A stretch of 28,515 bases of DNA from Candidatus Methylomirabilia bacterium (GTDB lineage: Bacteria > Methylomirabilota > Methylomirabilia > Rokubacteriales > CSP1-6), in assembly GCA_041497895.1 (NCBI GenBank), contig JBGQHJ010000053.1, positions 1-28,515 on the forward strand. The letters are read 5' to 3'. Below the pieces are notes generated by a model, which worked only from the letters and a program-made list of their open reading frames with translations, did not search any database and had not been told where the DNA came from. Positions 10,060 through 19,512 of the stretch are shown here, piece after piece (position 1 is the first letter of the stretch; each line of letters begins with the position of its first letter). The translations under genes were made by a program, and so were the position numbers.

Positions 10060-13000
10060 ATGAGCCTGTCGCGGCGCGATTTCCTCAAGTACGCGGGATC
10101 CACCGGAGCGGGAGTCGCGGTCGGCACCGCGACGCTCGACCTCACCCCGGTCCAGGCGGCCGCCATCGGACTGAAGATCAAGGAAGCGACGGTGCACCCC
10201 GGGGTCTGCCCGTACTGCGCGGTCGGGTGCGTCCAGCTCGTGTACTCCAAGGGCGACAAGATCATCGACATCGAGGGCCACCCGGACACCCCGCACACCC
10301 TCGGCCGGCTCTGCCCGAAGGGGGCGGCCACCATCCAGCTCTCCAACAACCCGCTGCGGCCGACCAAGGCGATGTACCGCGCGCCGGGCTCGGACAAGTG
10401 GGAGGAGAAGTCGATCGACTGGATGTACGAGCAGATCGCCAAGCGGTACCACGACACCCGCGAGAAGCACTTCATCGAGCGGGAGAAGAACAAGGACGGC
10501 CAGGAGGTGTTGGTCAACCGCCTGGACGCGATCGCCTCGCTCGGCTCGGCCTGCATCGACAACGAGGAGTGCTACCTCCTCAGCAAGCTCAACCGCGCGC
10601 TCGGCATCGTCTACCACGAGCATCAGGCCCGAGTCTGACACTCCGCCACGGTCCCAGCTCTGGGGACCACGTTCGGGCGGGGCGCGATGACGACGAACCT
10701 GATCGACATCCAGAACTCGGATGTCATCATGGCGACCAGTAACTTCGCGGAGAATCACCCGGTCGGCTTCCAGTGGGTGATGAAGGCGAAGGAGCGCGGG
10801 GCCAAGTTCATCCACGTGGACCCGCGGTTCACCCGCACCAGCGCGGTGGCCGACATCCACGTGCCGCTGCGGTCGGGCACCAACATCGCGTTCTTCGGCG
10901 GGCTCATCAGCTACGCGATCCAGAACAACCTCTACTTCAAGGACTACGTCGTCCACTACACCAACGCCTCCTTCCTCATCGATCCCGCCTTCAAGACCGC
11001 CACCGACGGGGGCGGCCTCTTCACCGGGCTCGAGTCGACCGGCAAGGGCGGCGTCGATCCCCACGTGGCCGAGACCTACAAGAAGGATTCGTGGAAGTAC
11101 CAGCTGGACGGCGAGGGCAATCCCAAGCGCGACCTGAGTCTGCGTGATCCGAGCTCCGTCTTCCAGCTCATGAAGCGGCACTACAGCCGCTACACCCCCG
11201 AGATGGTGGAGCGGGTGTGCGGCATCCCCAAGGAGAAGTTCGTCCAGGTCGCCAAGCTGTTCTGCGAGAACAGCGGTCCCGAGAAGACGGGCAGCATCAC
11301 CTACGCGCTCAACCTGACCCAGCACACCAACGGCGTCCAGAACATCCGGGCGCTCTGCATGCTCCAGATCCTCCTCGGCAACATCGGCCGACCCGGCGGT
11401 GGGGTCGTGGCTCTCCGCGGCCACGCCAATGTGCAGGGCGCGACCGACCTCGAGCTGCTCTACCACGAGCTGCCCGGCTACCTGCCGATGCCGTTGCGCG
11501 ATGCCCACCCCGACCTCAAGACCTGGCTCGAGAAGGAGACGCCGAAGGGCGGCTTCTGGGTGAACCGCCCGAAGTTCATGGTGAGCCTGCTCAAGGCCTG
11601 GTACGGGGACAAGGCGACCGCCGAGAACGAGTACGGCTACCAGTGGCTGCCCAAGCGCGCCTCTGCGGACGCCTACAGCCACCAGCACATGTTCGTCGAC
11701 ATGTACAAGGGCATCATCAAGGGCTTCCTCGCCGACGGGCAGAACCCGGCGGTGGGCGGTCCCAACGCCAAGCTCGCCCGGGCCGCGCTCGGCAAGCTCG
11801 ACTGGCTCGTGGTCAAGGACATCTTCGTCACCGAGACCGCGGAGTTCTGGAAGGCGCCCGGGGTCAGCCCCAAGGACGTCCGGACCGAGGTGTTCTTCCT
11901 CCCCGCCGCCCCCGCGGCCGAGAAGGACGGCAGCCTCACCAACACCATGCGACTGATCCAGTGGCACGAGCGGGCGGTGAAGCCGCCCGGCGACGTGACC
12001 TCCGACGCGGAGTTCTTCGTGAGCCTGGCCCAGCGGCTGCAAAAGATGTACGCGGGCTCCAAGAAGCAGCGCGACCAGGGCTTCCTGGCCGCCAGCTTCA
12101 AGTACGGCGACGATCCCAAAGAGCCGAACATGGAGCTGGTGCTGAAGGAGGTCAACGGCTACGCCACCGAGGACATCACCGACAAGGACGGCAAGGTCGT
12201 CTACAAGAAGGGCCAGGCGCTCAACACCTTCGCCCACATGACCGACGACGGCAAGACCGCGGGCGGGTGCTGGATCTACACCGGGGTCACCGTCGAGGGC
12301 CCCGACGGCAAGCTGATCAACAAGGCCAACCTGCGCAAGCCGGCCGACGACAAGGACTACCTCGCGCACGGCTGGGGCTTCGCCTGGCCGGCCAACCGCC
12401 GCATCCTCTACAACCGCGCCTCCGCCGACCTGCAGGGCAAGCCGTGGAGCGAGCGGAAGAAGCTGATCTGGTGGGATCCCGCCGCGCCGGGCGCGGAGCC
12501 GGACAAGAAGGGCAAGTGGGTCGGGCTCGACGTCCCCGACTTCAATCCGTTCCTCGCTCCCGACGCCAAGAACGGCGACAAGCCGTTCATCATGCGGGCG
12601 GACCTGGTGGGCGCCTTCTTCGGGCCGCTCAACGACGGGCCCTTCCCGGAGCACTATGAGCCGGTGGAGTCGCCCACCAAGAACCTGCTCTCCAAGCAGC
12701 AGATGAACCCGGTGGCCAAGATCTGGACGGTTCCCGACCAGAAGAACGACCTGGCCCCGGTGGCCTCGCCGGACTATCCCTACGTGGTCACCACGTACCG
12801 CCTCACCGAGCACCACCTCTCGGGGGTCATGTCGCGCTACCTGCCCATGCTCGCCGAGCTGTTCCACTCCCACTTCGCGGAGATCAGCAACGAGCTGGCC
12901 GCCGAGCTCGGGATCAAGAACGGCGAGCGCATCACGATCGCGACCCCGCGGGGCAAGATCCACACCACCGCGATGGTCACGAGCCGGCTCAAGCCGTTCA

Positions 13001-13170
13001 TGATCGACGGCAAGAAGACCCACCAGATCGGCATCCCGTGGCACTGGGGCTACAACGGCATCTCCAAGGGCGACATCACCAACGACCTCTCCGCGTCGGT
13101 GGGAGACCCCACGGTCTACATCCAGGAGACCAAGGCCTTCCTCTGCAGCGTGAAGAAGGGGGAGGTGTAG
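10060..13170 (+). CDS. fdnG: Formate dehydrogenase-N-type alpha subunit, Mo/W-bisPGD selenoprotein (Sec193 at UGA 10636-10638), Tat-exported, 1036 aa
   Basis: Tat signal SRRDFLK, Fe-S motif CPYCAVGC...LCPKG, HQARV-UGA-HSATVPALGTTFGRGAMT and LRGHANVQG. The two ORF-track pieces are in the same frame. Confidence 0.93.
10636..10668 (+). promoter_or_regulatory. Bacterial SECIS element
   Basis: UGA, then 11 nt, then stem GGTCCCA (10650-10656) / TGGGGACC (10661-10668, one bulged G) closing a GCTC loop that begins with G. Confidence 0.75.
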
Positions 13171-13172
13171 CC

Positions 13173-13952
13173 ATGGCCCGCACCCTCGCGATGTTCACCG
13201 ACACTTCGCTGTGCATCGGCTGCCGCGCGTGCCAGGTGGCGTGCAAGCAATGGAACGAGCTGCCGATGGAGGAGCCGGAGTGGACCGGCTCCTACCAGAA
13301 CCACGCCCACTTCACCGACAAGACCTATCGGCTGGTGCGCTTCATCGAGAAGCCGCAGGCGAACGGTGAGCTGCAGTGGCTCCTCATGTCGGACGTGTGC
13401 AAGCACTGCGCCCAGGCGGGCTGCCTCGACGCGTGCCCGACCGGGGCGATCCACCGGACCGAGTACGGGACGGTCAACATCAACCAGGACGTGTGCAACG
13501 GCTGCCGGTACTGCGTCAGCTCGTGCCCGTTCGGGGTGGTGGCGTTCAACCACGACACCGGGCGCGCCAACAAGTGCACCTTCTGCAACGACCGCATTCA
13601 CAACGGCCTCGGGCCCGCGTGCGCCAAGACCTGCCCGACCGAGTCCATCCAGTTCGGCTTCCGGGACGAGCTGGCCGCCAAGGCCGACAAGCGGGTGGCC
13701 AAGCTCAAGGAGATGGGCTACGCCAACGCCCAGCTCTACGGCGCCGACACCAACGGCCCCCTGGGCGGCCTCAACGCCTTCTTCCTCCTCCTCGACCGAC
13801 CGTCCACCTACAACCTGCCCGAGAAGCCCCTGCTCCCGCAGCGCAACGTGTTCGTCGACTCGGTGCTCGCGGTGGGTGCCGCGCTGGTGGTGGGGGTGGG
13901 CGCGATGATCTCCTTCCGCGAGCGGGGCGGGAAGGGAGGCAGCGATGCTTAG
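13173..13952 (+). CDS. fdnH: Formate dehydrogenase iron-sulfur (beta) subunit
   Basis: Four Cys clusters (CIGCRACQVAC, CKHCAQAGCLDAC, CNGCRYCVSSC, CTFC...CAKTC) and a C-terminal TM helix. ATG follows GGAGG. Confidence 0.9.
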   Translation: MARTLAMFTDTSLCIGCRACQVACKQWNELPMEEPEWTGSYQNHAHFTDKTYRLVRFIEKPQANGELQWLLMSDVCKHCAQAGCLDACPTGAIHRTEYGTVNINQDVCNGCRYCVSSCPFGVVAFNHDTGRANKCTFCNDRIHNGLGPACAKTCPTESIQFGFRDELAAKADKRVAKLKEMGYANAQLYGADTNGPLGGLNAFFLLLDRPSTYNLPEKPLLPQRNVFVDSVLAVGAALVVGVGAMISFRERGGKGGSDA

Positions 13953-14763
13953 GAACCCGGAGTGGCACCTGCTGATCGTCTGGTACTTCTTCCTGGGCGG
14001 GATCGCGGGTGGCGCCTACTTCACCGCCGCGATCGCGGACAACTTCGGCGGCCCGCGCGACCGTAACGTGGTGCGCACCGGCTACATCCTCTCGCTGCTG
14101 ATGATCGGGGTGTGCGGCATGCTCCTGATCCTCGACCTGGGCACCCCGAGCCGATTCATGAACATGCTGGGGGCCTTCAAGTTCAAGGACCCGATGTCGA
14201 TCGGGGCCTGGATGCTCGGGGTCTTCGGCCTCTTCGCGTTCGTCTCCTCCGCGCTGTCGCTGTCCGGAGACGAGGCGCGGGCCGGCCTCCGGCGCAAGTT
14301 GAGCCTGGTAGGCACGCTCTTCGGCTTCTTCCTCGCGAGCTACACCGGCGTGCTGCTGAGCGCCACCGCGCTGCCCTTCTGGAGCGACGCGCGCCTGATG
14401 GGCGCCCTGTTCCTCGCCTCGGGGGCCTCGACCGGCATGGCCGCCATCTCCCTGCTGCTGTACCTGAGCGGAGACTCGGCCGGTGAGGGCTTCGAGAAGG
14501 TCAAGCGCGCGGACCGCTTCGCCATCGTGTTCGAGATGGCGGTCCTGGTGCTCTTCCTCGTCCTGCTGGGTGGGGCGGCGGCGCCGCTCCTGTCGGGCCG
14601 CCTGGCCCCGCTGTTCTGGGGCGGCCTGGTCGCCCTCGGGCTGGTCATTCCGCTGGCTCTGGACCTCCTGGGAGGGCTGCGCGTCCCTGCTGCGGTCTCG
14701 GCGATCCTGGTCCTGGTGGGCGGGTTCGTCCTGCGCTACGTCGTCGTGATGAGCCACGCCTGA
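13945..14763 (+). CDS. NrfD/PsrC-family membrane anchor subunit
   Basis: About 8 hydrophobic segments. Motifs W.LLIVWYFFLGGIAGG, LILDLGTPSRF, PMSIGAW and YTGVLLS..ALPFW. Confidence 0.85.
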   Translation: MLRNPEWHLLIVWYFFLGGIAGGAYFTAAIADNFGGPRDRNVVRTGYILSLLMIGVCGMLLILDLGTPSRFMNMLGAFKFKDPMSIGAWMLGVFGLFAFVSSALSLSGDEARAGLRRKLSLVGTLFGFFLASYTGVLLSATALPFWSDARLMGALFLASGASTGMAAISLLLYLSGDSAGEGFEKVKRADRFAIVFEMAVLVLFLVLLGGAAAPLLSGRLAPLFWGGLVALGLVIPLALDLLGGLRVPAAVSAILVLVGGFVLRYVVVMSHA

Positions 14764-14789
14764 GACCGGCGGCCGGTAGCGCGTCGTAC

Positions 14790-14813
14790 AAGGGGCCCCG
14801 CGAGGGGCCCCTT
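14790..14813. terminator. Strong hairpin after the fdh structural genes (terminator, mRNA stabiliser or REP-like)
   Basis: AAGGGGCCCC-GCGA-GGGGCCCCTT: a 10-bp perfect stem with a GNRA loop and only a weak pyrimidine tail. Confidence 0.55.
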
Positions 14814-14844
14814 CCTCTATACTGAGGTCGGCAGCCACCGGGCC

Positions 14845-15603
14845 ATGCGGACCTACTTTCACGTCAAGGGCGGCCGGCTCGAGGAAGTCAAGGGCGAGGT
14901 CGTCCGGGAGCAGCCGTTGACGGTCCACGTCAACGGCGAGCGGTTCGTCACCCTGCTCTGCTCGCCGTTCCAGCTCGAGGCGCTCGTGGTCGGATACCTC
15001 TGGATGGAGAAGGTGATCGAGGACCTCTCCGAGATCAGCCGGCTCGACATCTCGGAGGTGGACGGTCGGGCGGAGGTGACCCTGTCTCACGCGGTGACCT
15101 TGCCGACCGAGCGGATCCTCACCTCGGGCTGCGGGGGCGGCATCACGTTCCGGATCGATCCCCGCCTGTTCCCGCGCCTGCACTCCTCGATCCGGGTCCA
15201 GCCGGGGCAGCTCGCGGCGCGGCTCAAGGATCTGTTCGGGCGCGCGGTGCACTACCACGCCTCGCGCGGCATCCACGGGGCCGCCCTGGCCGACGGCGAG
15301 CGGCTCCTGGTGGTGGCGGAGGACGTCGGGCGTCACAACGCGGTGGACAAGGTGAAGGGCGAGGCGATGCTCCGCGGCATCGCGACGGCGGATCGCGTGC
15401 TCCTCTCCACCGGGCGCATCTCCTCGGAGATGCTGCTCAAGGCCGCCCGCATGGGCGTGCCGGTGGTCGCCTCCCGGACCTCGCCGACCGAGATGGCGGT
15501 GGGCCTGGCCGAGCAGCTCGGCATCACGGTGATCGGCTACGTGCGGCCGGACAGCCTGAACCTCTACGCGGGCGACGGGCTGGACGCCGACGGCGGGCCC
15601 TGA
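14845..15603 (+). CDS. fdhD: Formate dehydrogenase accessory sulfurtransferase
   Basis: EQPLTVHVNG, TSGCG, HGAAL, EDVGRHNAVDKVKG, STGRISSEMLLKA and GITVIGYVR. Confidence 0.93.
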   Translation: MRTYFHVKGGRLEEVKGEVVREQPLTVHVNGERFVTLLCSPFQLEALVVGYLWMEKVIEDLSEISRLDISEVDGRAEVTLSHAVTLPTERILTSGCGGGITFRIDPRLFPRLHSSIRVQPGQLAARLKDLFGRAVHYHASRGIHGAALADGERLLVVAEDVGRHNAVDKVKGEAMLRGIATADRVLLSTGRISSEMLLKAARMGVPVVASRTSPTEMAVGLAEQLGITVIGYVRPDSLNLYAGDGLDADGGP

Positions 15604-15607
15604 CCCC

Positions 15608-16492
15608 ATGCCGGACTACTCCGCGCTCATGGCCGAATGGCAGGCGCTGCTCGCGCGGCGCCCCGCGCTCGGCGAGCCCCTGCGCTTCTGGACCGCGATT
15701 CTCGAGGGCTGGGCCGCGTGGAAGCCGCCGGCCACGCTCGTGCCGCTCGCGTGGTCCGGAGACGAATGCCGGGCGCGCTGGGAGCGGGGAGTGTCGCTCC
15801 TGGCCGAGGCGCGGCCGGTCGTTCCTTCCGCCTCGGTCGAGGATCTGCTGGGCCCGGTGATGGAGCGCCTGGCCGCCGACGGGCCGGAGGCGGTCGAGGC
15901 CTTCCGCCGCCTGGCCCAGGCCTGGGACGAGGGTCAGGTCGACGCGATCGCGCTGATGCCGGCGCCGGACCGCGACCCCGCCGCGTGGCTCCTCGACCGC
16001 TTCGGGCTGGGCGCCCACCTGGGCGCGTTCCTGCCGGTGGCGGCGCTTCGCCCCGCGCTCGAGATCTACTTCGAGGGTGTGCGCGCCCTGCCCGACGGGG
16101 TGTGGACGCGCGGCGCGTGCCCGTGGTGCGGAGGCGCGGCCGGCTACGGTGACCTCATGGAGGACGGCCGGCGGCGCCTCTCCTGCCATCTCTGCGGCGG
16201 CGCGTGGATCGCGGCCCGGCTGCGCTGCCCGTTCTGCGAGAGCTGGAACTCGCGCGACCTGGCGCGCCTGGTGGCGGAAGATCTCGAGGAGGCCTACTTC
16301 ATCGAGGCCTGCCGCGCGTGCCGCGGCTACGTGAAGGGAGTCGACCGCCGCCAGCGCTGGAACGCCGGCCCCCCGCTCGTGGAGGACTGGGGCTCGCCGC
16401 ATCTCGATCTCCACGCCTCGCGCGAGGGCTACTGGCGCGCGACTCCCTCGCTCGCGCACCTGCTGCCGCCCGAGGCCGGAGAGGCGTCGTGA
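15608..16492 (+). CDS. fdhE: FdhE-family formate dehydrogenase maturation protein
   Basis: Four C-terminal CxxC pairs (CPWC, CHLC, CPFC, CRAC), R.LSC..C...W...RL.CPFC and LDL.A.REGY. Located after fdhD. Confidence 0.85.
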   Translation: MPDYSALMAEWQALLARRPALGEPLRFWTAILEGWAAWKPPATLVPLAWSGDECRARWERGVSLLAEARPVVPSASVEDLLGPVMERLAADGPEAVEAFRRLAQAWDEGQVDAIALMPAPDRDPAAWLLDRFGLGAHLGAFLPVAALRPALEIYFEGVRALPDGVWTRGACPWCGGAAGYGDLMEDGRRRLSCHLCGGAWIAARLRCPFCESWNSRDLARLVAEDLEEAYFIEACRACRGYVKGVDRRQRWNAGPPLVEDWGSPHLDLHASREGYWRATPSLAHLLPPEAGEAS

Positions 16493-17292
16493 ACGCGGTG
16501 CTCTTCGACGTGGCGCTGACCGCCTACATCCTCGCCGCGGTGGCCGCGATCGCCTCGCTGGCCGGTCGGCGCGACCAGCTCGCGTGGGTCGGGCTGCTGC
16601 TGACCCAGGCCGGATGGATCTGCCACACCGGCGCGGTGATCCTGCGGGGCATCGAGCTGCGGCGGCTGCCCTTCTCGACCCTGGCCGAGATGATCTCGCT
16701 GCTGATCTGGGCCGTGATCCTGCTCGACTTCTGGGTGGAGCGCCACCGGCGCGTCCGCCCGCTCAGCGCTTTCGTGCTCCCGGTGGTCCTGGCCCTCGGT
16801 CTCGGGCTGCCCACCGGGCTCCGCTCGATCGTGCTCGAGCCGCCGGTCAACGGCTGGATCATGGTGCACGTGGCCCTGCTGCTGGTGGGACTGGCCGCGC
16901 TGGTGCTGAACTTCGGGGGCGCCCTCATGTACCTGGTGGTGGAGCGGCAGCTGAAGGCCAAGCGCCCGGGCGCGGGCTACTACCGCCTGCCGCCGCTCGA
17001 GACGCTCGACCGGCTGACGGTGGCCACGCTCACCGTCGCGTTCCCGTTTCTCACCGTGGGCCTGGCCCTGGGCGCGCTCTCGGCCCGCCGGGCCTGGGGC
17101 AGCGTGATCGCGTTCGACCCGCTCGCGCTCTTCTCGATGCTGATGTGGGTCATCTACGCGGCGACGCTCCTCGGCCGCGTGCTCGGGCACTGGCGCGGCC
17201 GGCGGGCCGCCTACTTCTCCATCGCCGGGTTCTGCGTGATGCTGGCCACGCTGAGCGCCGGGGTCTTCCTCCACGGACGCCATGGCTCCTGA
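16489..17292 (+). CDS. Cytochrome c assembly-family (CcsA/HemX-like) membrane protein
   Basis: About 8 TM segments, VHV, LPPLETLDRL, WG....DP and W.GRRAA. GTGA overlap with fdhE; directly upstream of hemA. Confidence 0.8.
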   Translation: MNAVLFDVALTAYILAAVAAIASLAGRRDQLAWVGLLLTQAGWICHTGAVILRGIELRRLPFSTLAEMISLLIWAVILLDFWVERHRRVRPLSAFVLPVVLALGLGLPTGLRSIVLEPPVNGWIMVHVALLLVGLAALVLNFGGALMYLVVERQLKAKRPGAGYYRLPPLETLDRLTVATLTVAFPFLTVGLALGALSARRAWGSVIAFDPLALFSMLMWVIYAATLLGRVLGHWRGRRAAYFSIAGFCVMLATLSAGVFLHGRHGS

Positions 17293-18586
17293 CGAGCAGG
17301 TCCCCGAGACCCCGGGCCTCCTGTTCGTGGCCGGGATGAATCATCGCACCGCGCCGGTGGCGGTGCGCGAGCAGCTCGCCCTCGAGGAGGAGAAGATCCG
17401 CGAGATCCTCGCCGATCTGGCGGGCCGCGGCCTCCTGCAGGAGGTCATGATCCTCTCCACGTGCAACCGGGTCGAGGTCTACGGGGTGGCCCCCGTGCCG
17501 GGCGAGGCGCGCTCGCAGGCGTTCAGCCGGCTCGGCAGTCATCGCGGCATGGCCTGGCGGGAGCTCGAGCCGCTGCTCTACACCGTGACCGGCGACGAGG
17601 CCGCGCTGCACGCGTTCCGGGTGGCCGCGAGCCTCGACTCCATGATCCTGGGCGAGCCGCAGATCCTGGGGCAGGTGAAGGACGCGTTCGCGCTCGCCCA
17701 GTCCGCGGGCACCGCGGGCCCGGTGCTCCACGCCCTGATGAGCCAGGCGTTCAGCGCGGCCAAGCGCGTGCGGTCGGAGACCCTCGTCGGCCGCCTCGCG
17801 GTGTCGATCTCCTACGCGGCGGTGGAGCTGGCGCGGCGGATCTTCGAGGGTCTCGAGGGCAAGTCGGTGCTGCTGGTCGGGGCGGGGGAGATGAGCGAGC
17901 TGGCCGCGCGCCACCTGGTCGACCAGGGCGCGCTGCCGGTGTACGTGGCCAACCGCACGTGGAGCCGGGCCCAGGAGCTGGCCCGGGGCCTCGGCGGGAT
18001 CCCGGTGCCCTTCGATCAGATGGAAGCGACCCTGGCCCTGGTGGACATCGTGATCACCTCCACCGCCGCTCCCGAGCCCATCGTCACCGCGGCGCAGGTG
18101 CAGGCGGCGCTGCAGGCGCGCCGGGGGCGACCGCTCTTCTTCATCGACATCGCGGTGCCGCGCAACGTGGAGCCGGCGGTCAACGACCTCGAAGGTGCGT
18201 TCTGCTACGACATCGACGACCTGCGCGCGGTGGTCGAGTCCAATCTCAAGGAGCGCCAGCGCGAGGCGCAGCGCGCCCACGCGCTCCTCGAGCGCGAGGT
18301 CGTCAAGTTCGTGGGCCGTCTGCAGCAGCTCGAGGTCGTGCCCACCATCGTGTCGCTCCGAGAGAAGCTCGAGGCGATCCGGCGCGCCGAGCTGGAGCGT
18401 GCGCTGGCGCGCCTGCCCGGCGCTCCCGAGGACACGCGCCGGGTCATGGACGCGCTCAGCCAGGCCATCGTCAACAAGGTCCTCCACGCGCCAATGGTGA
18501 AGCTCAAGGACTCCTCGCGGGCCGGCCACGGGCGCCGCTGGACGGAGATGATCTCGGAGCTCTTCGGGCTGCGCCCGACGGAATAA
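17282..18586 (+). CDS. hemA: Glutamyl-tRNA reductase
   Basis: GMNHRTAPVAVRE, LSTCNRVE, SLDSMILGEPQILGQVK, GAGEM and DIAVPRNV. Confidence 0.96.
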   Translation: MAPDEQVPETPGLLFVAGMNHRTAPVAVREQLALEEEKIREILADLAGRGLLQEVMILSTCNRVEVYGVAPVPGEARSQAFSRLGSHRGMAWRELEPLLYTVTGDEAALHAFRVAASLDSMILGEPQILGQVKDAFALAQSAGTAGPVLHALMSQAFSAAKRVRSETLVGRLAVSISYAAVELARRIFEGLEGKSVLLVGAGEMSELAARHLVDQGALPVYVANRTWSRAQELARGLGGIPVPFDQMEATLALVDIVITSTAAPEPIVTAAQVQAALQARRGRPLFFIDIAVPRNVEPAVNDLEGAFCYDIDDLRAVVESNLKERQREAQRAHALLEREVVKFVGRLQQLEVVPTIVSLREKLEAIRRAELERALARLPGAPEDTRRVMDALSQAIVNKVLHAPMVKLKDSSRAGHGRRWTEMISELFGLRPTE

Positions 18587-19512
18587 TGCCCGCCGCAATG
18601 ATGAATATCCGTCTCGGCACGCGGGGCAGCCGCCTCGCGCTCGTGCAGTGCCAGCAGGTGGCCGCCGCGCTGCGCGCCCACGGCGCCCGCGCCGAGGTCG
18701 TGGTGATCCGCACCAGCGGCGACCGGCTCGCCCAGGTCGCGCTCGCCGACTTCGGGGGCAAGGCGCTCTTCGTGAAGGAGATCGAGGAGGCCCTGCTCGC
18801 GGGCCAGGTGGACGTGGGCGTGCACAGCCTGAAGGACATGCCGGCCACGCTACCCACCGGCCTGCTCCTCGCCGCGTTTCCCGTCCGCGAGGACCCCGCG
18901 GACGTGCTGCTCACGCGGGGGCCCGGCGGCTGGGACGGCCTGCCACCGGGCGCGCGCGTCGGCACGTCGAGCCTGCGCCGCCGGGCGCTCGTGCTGGCCC
19001 GCCGACCGGATCTGCGCCCCGAGCCGATTCGCGGCAATGTGGAGACGCGCATCGAGAAGCTCACCGCCGGCGCCTGCGACGCGACGATCCTGGCCGCCGC
19101 CGGGCTGCGCCGGCTCGGACTCGAGCCGCCGAATCTGACCGGGTTGCCCGTCGAGGAGTTCGTGCCCGCGGTCGGCCAGGGGATCCTGGCCATCGAAGCC
19201 CGCGAAGCCGACCGGGAAGTGCTTGAACTTCTGGGGCGGCTGGACGACACTCGGAGCAGATCGGAGGCCCTGGCGGAGCGGGCGTTCCTGGAGCGGCTCG
19301 GGGCCGACTGCCACACGCCGGTGGCCGGGCACGCGCGGCACGAGGGGACCGCTCTGGTCCTGACCGGGGTCGTGGCGAGCCTGGACGGCCTGACCGTCCT
19401 GCGGTCGCGGGCGATCGGCGGACCACTCGAGGCCGCGCGGCTGGGGACAACCGTCGCGGAGGAGCTTCTGGCGAAGGGGGCAAAGGCGCTGCTCGATGCG
19501 AGTCGTGGCTGA
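18586..19512 (+). CDS. hemC: Porphobilinogen deaminase (hydroxymethylbilane synthase)
   Basis: IRLGTRGSRLAL.Q, GGKALFVKEIE, VHSLKD, GTSSLRR, RGNVETR and cofactor Cys in GADCHTPV. TAATG overlap with hemA; alternative starts at 18598 and 18601. Confidence 0.95.
   Translation: MPAAMMNIRLGTRGSRLALVQCQQVAAALRAHGARAEVVVIRTSGDRLAQVALADFGGKALFVKEIEEALLAGQVDVGVHSLKDMPATLPTGLLLAAFPVREDPADVLLTRGPGGWDGLPPGARVGTSSLRRRALVLARRPDLRPEPIRGNVETRIEKLTAGACDATILAAAGLRRLGLEPPNLTGLPVEEFVPAVGQGILAIEAREADREVLELLGRLDDTRSRSEALAERAFLERLGADCHTPVAGHARHEGTALVLTGVVASLDGLTVLRSRAIGGPLEAARLGTTVAEELLAKGAKALLDASRG

Noticed and set aside
10636..10638. fdnG as a nonsense pseudogene or two separate genes
   Set aside because: The UGA is at the catalytic Sec/Cys position, the frame continues, and a SECIS-like hairpin follows.
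9844..13044. Very long minus-strand ORFs (1066 aa here; also 4993-7671, 25944-28019, 13771-15609 and others)
   Set aside because: They are antisense shadows of well-conserved + strand genes, expected from high-GC codon bias, and contain no recognisable motifs.
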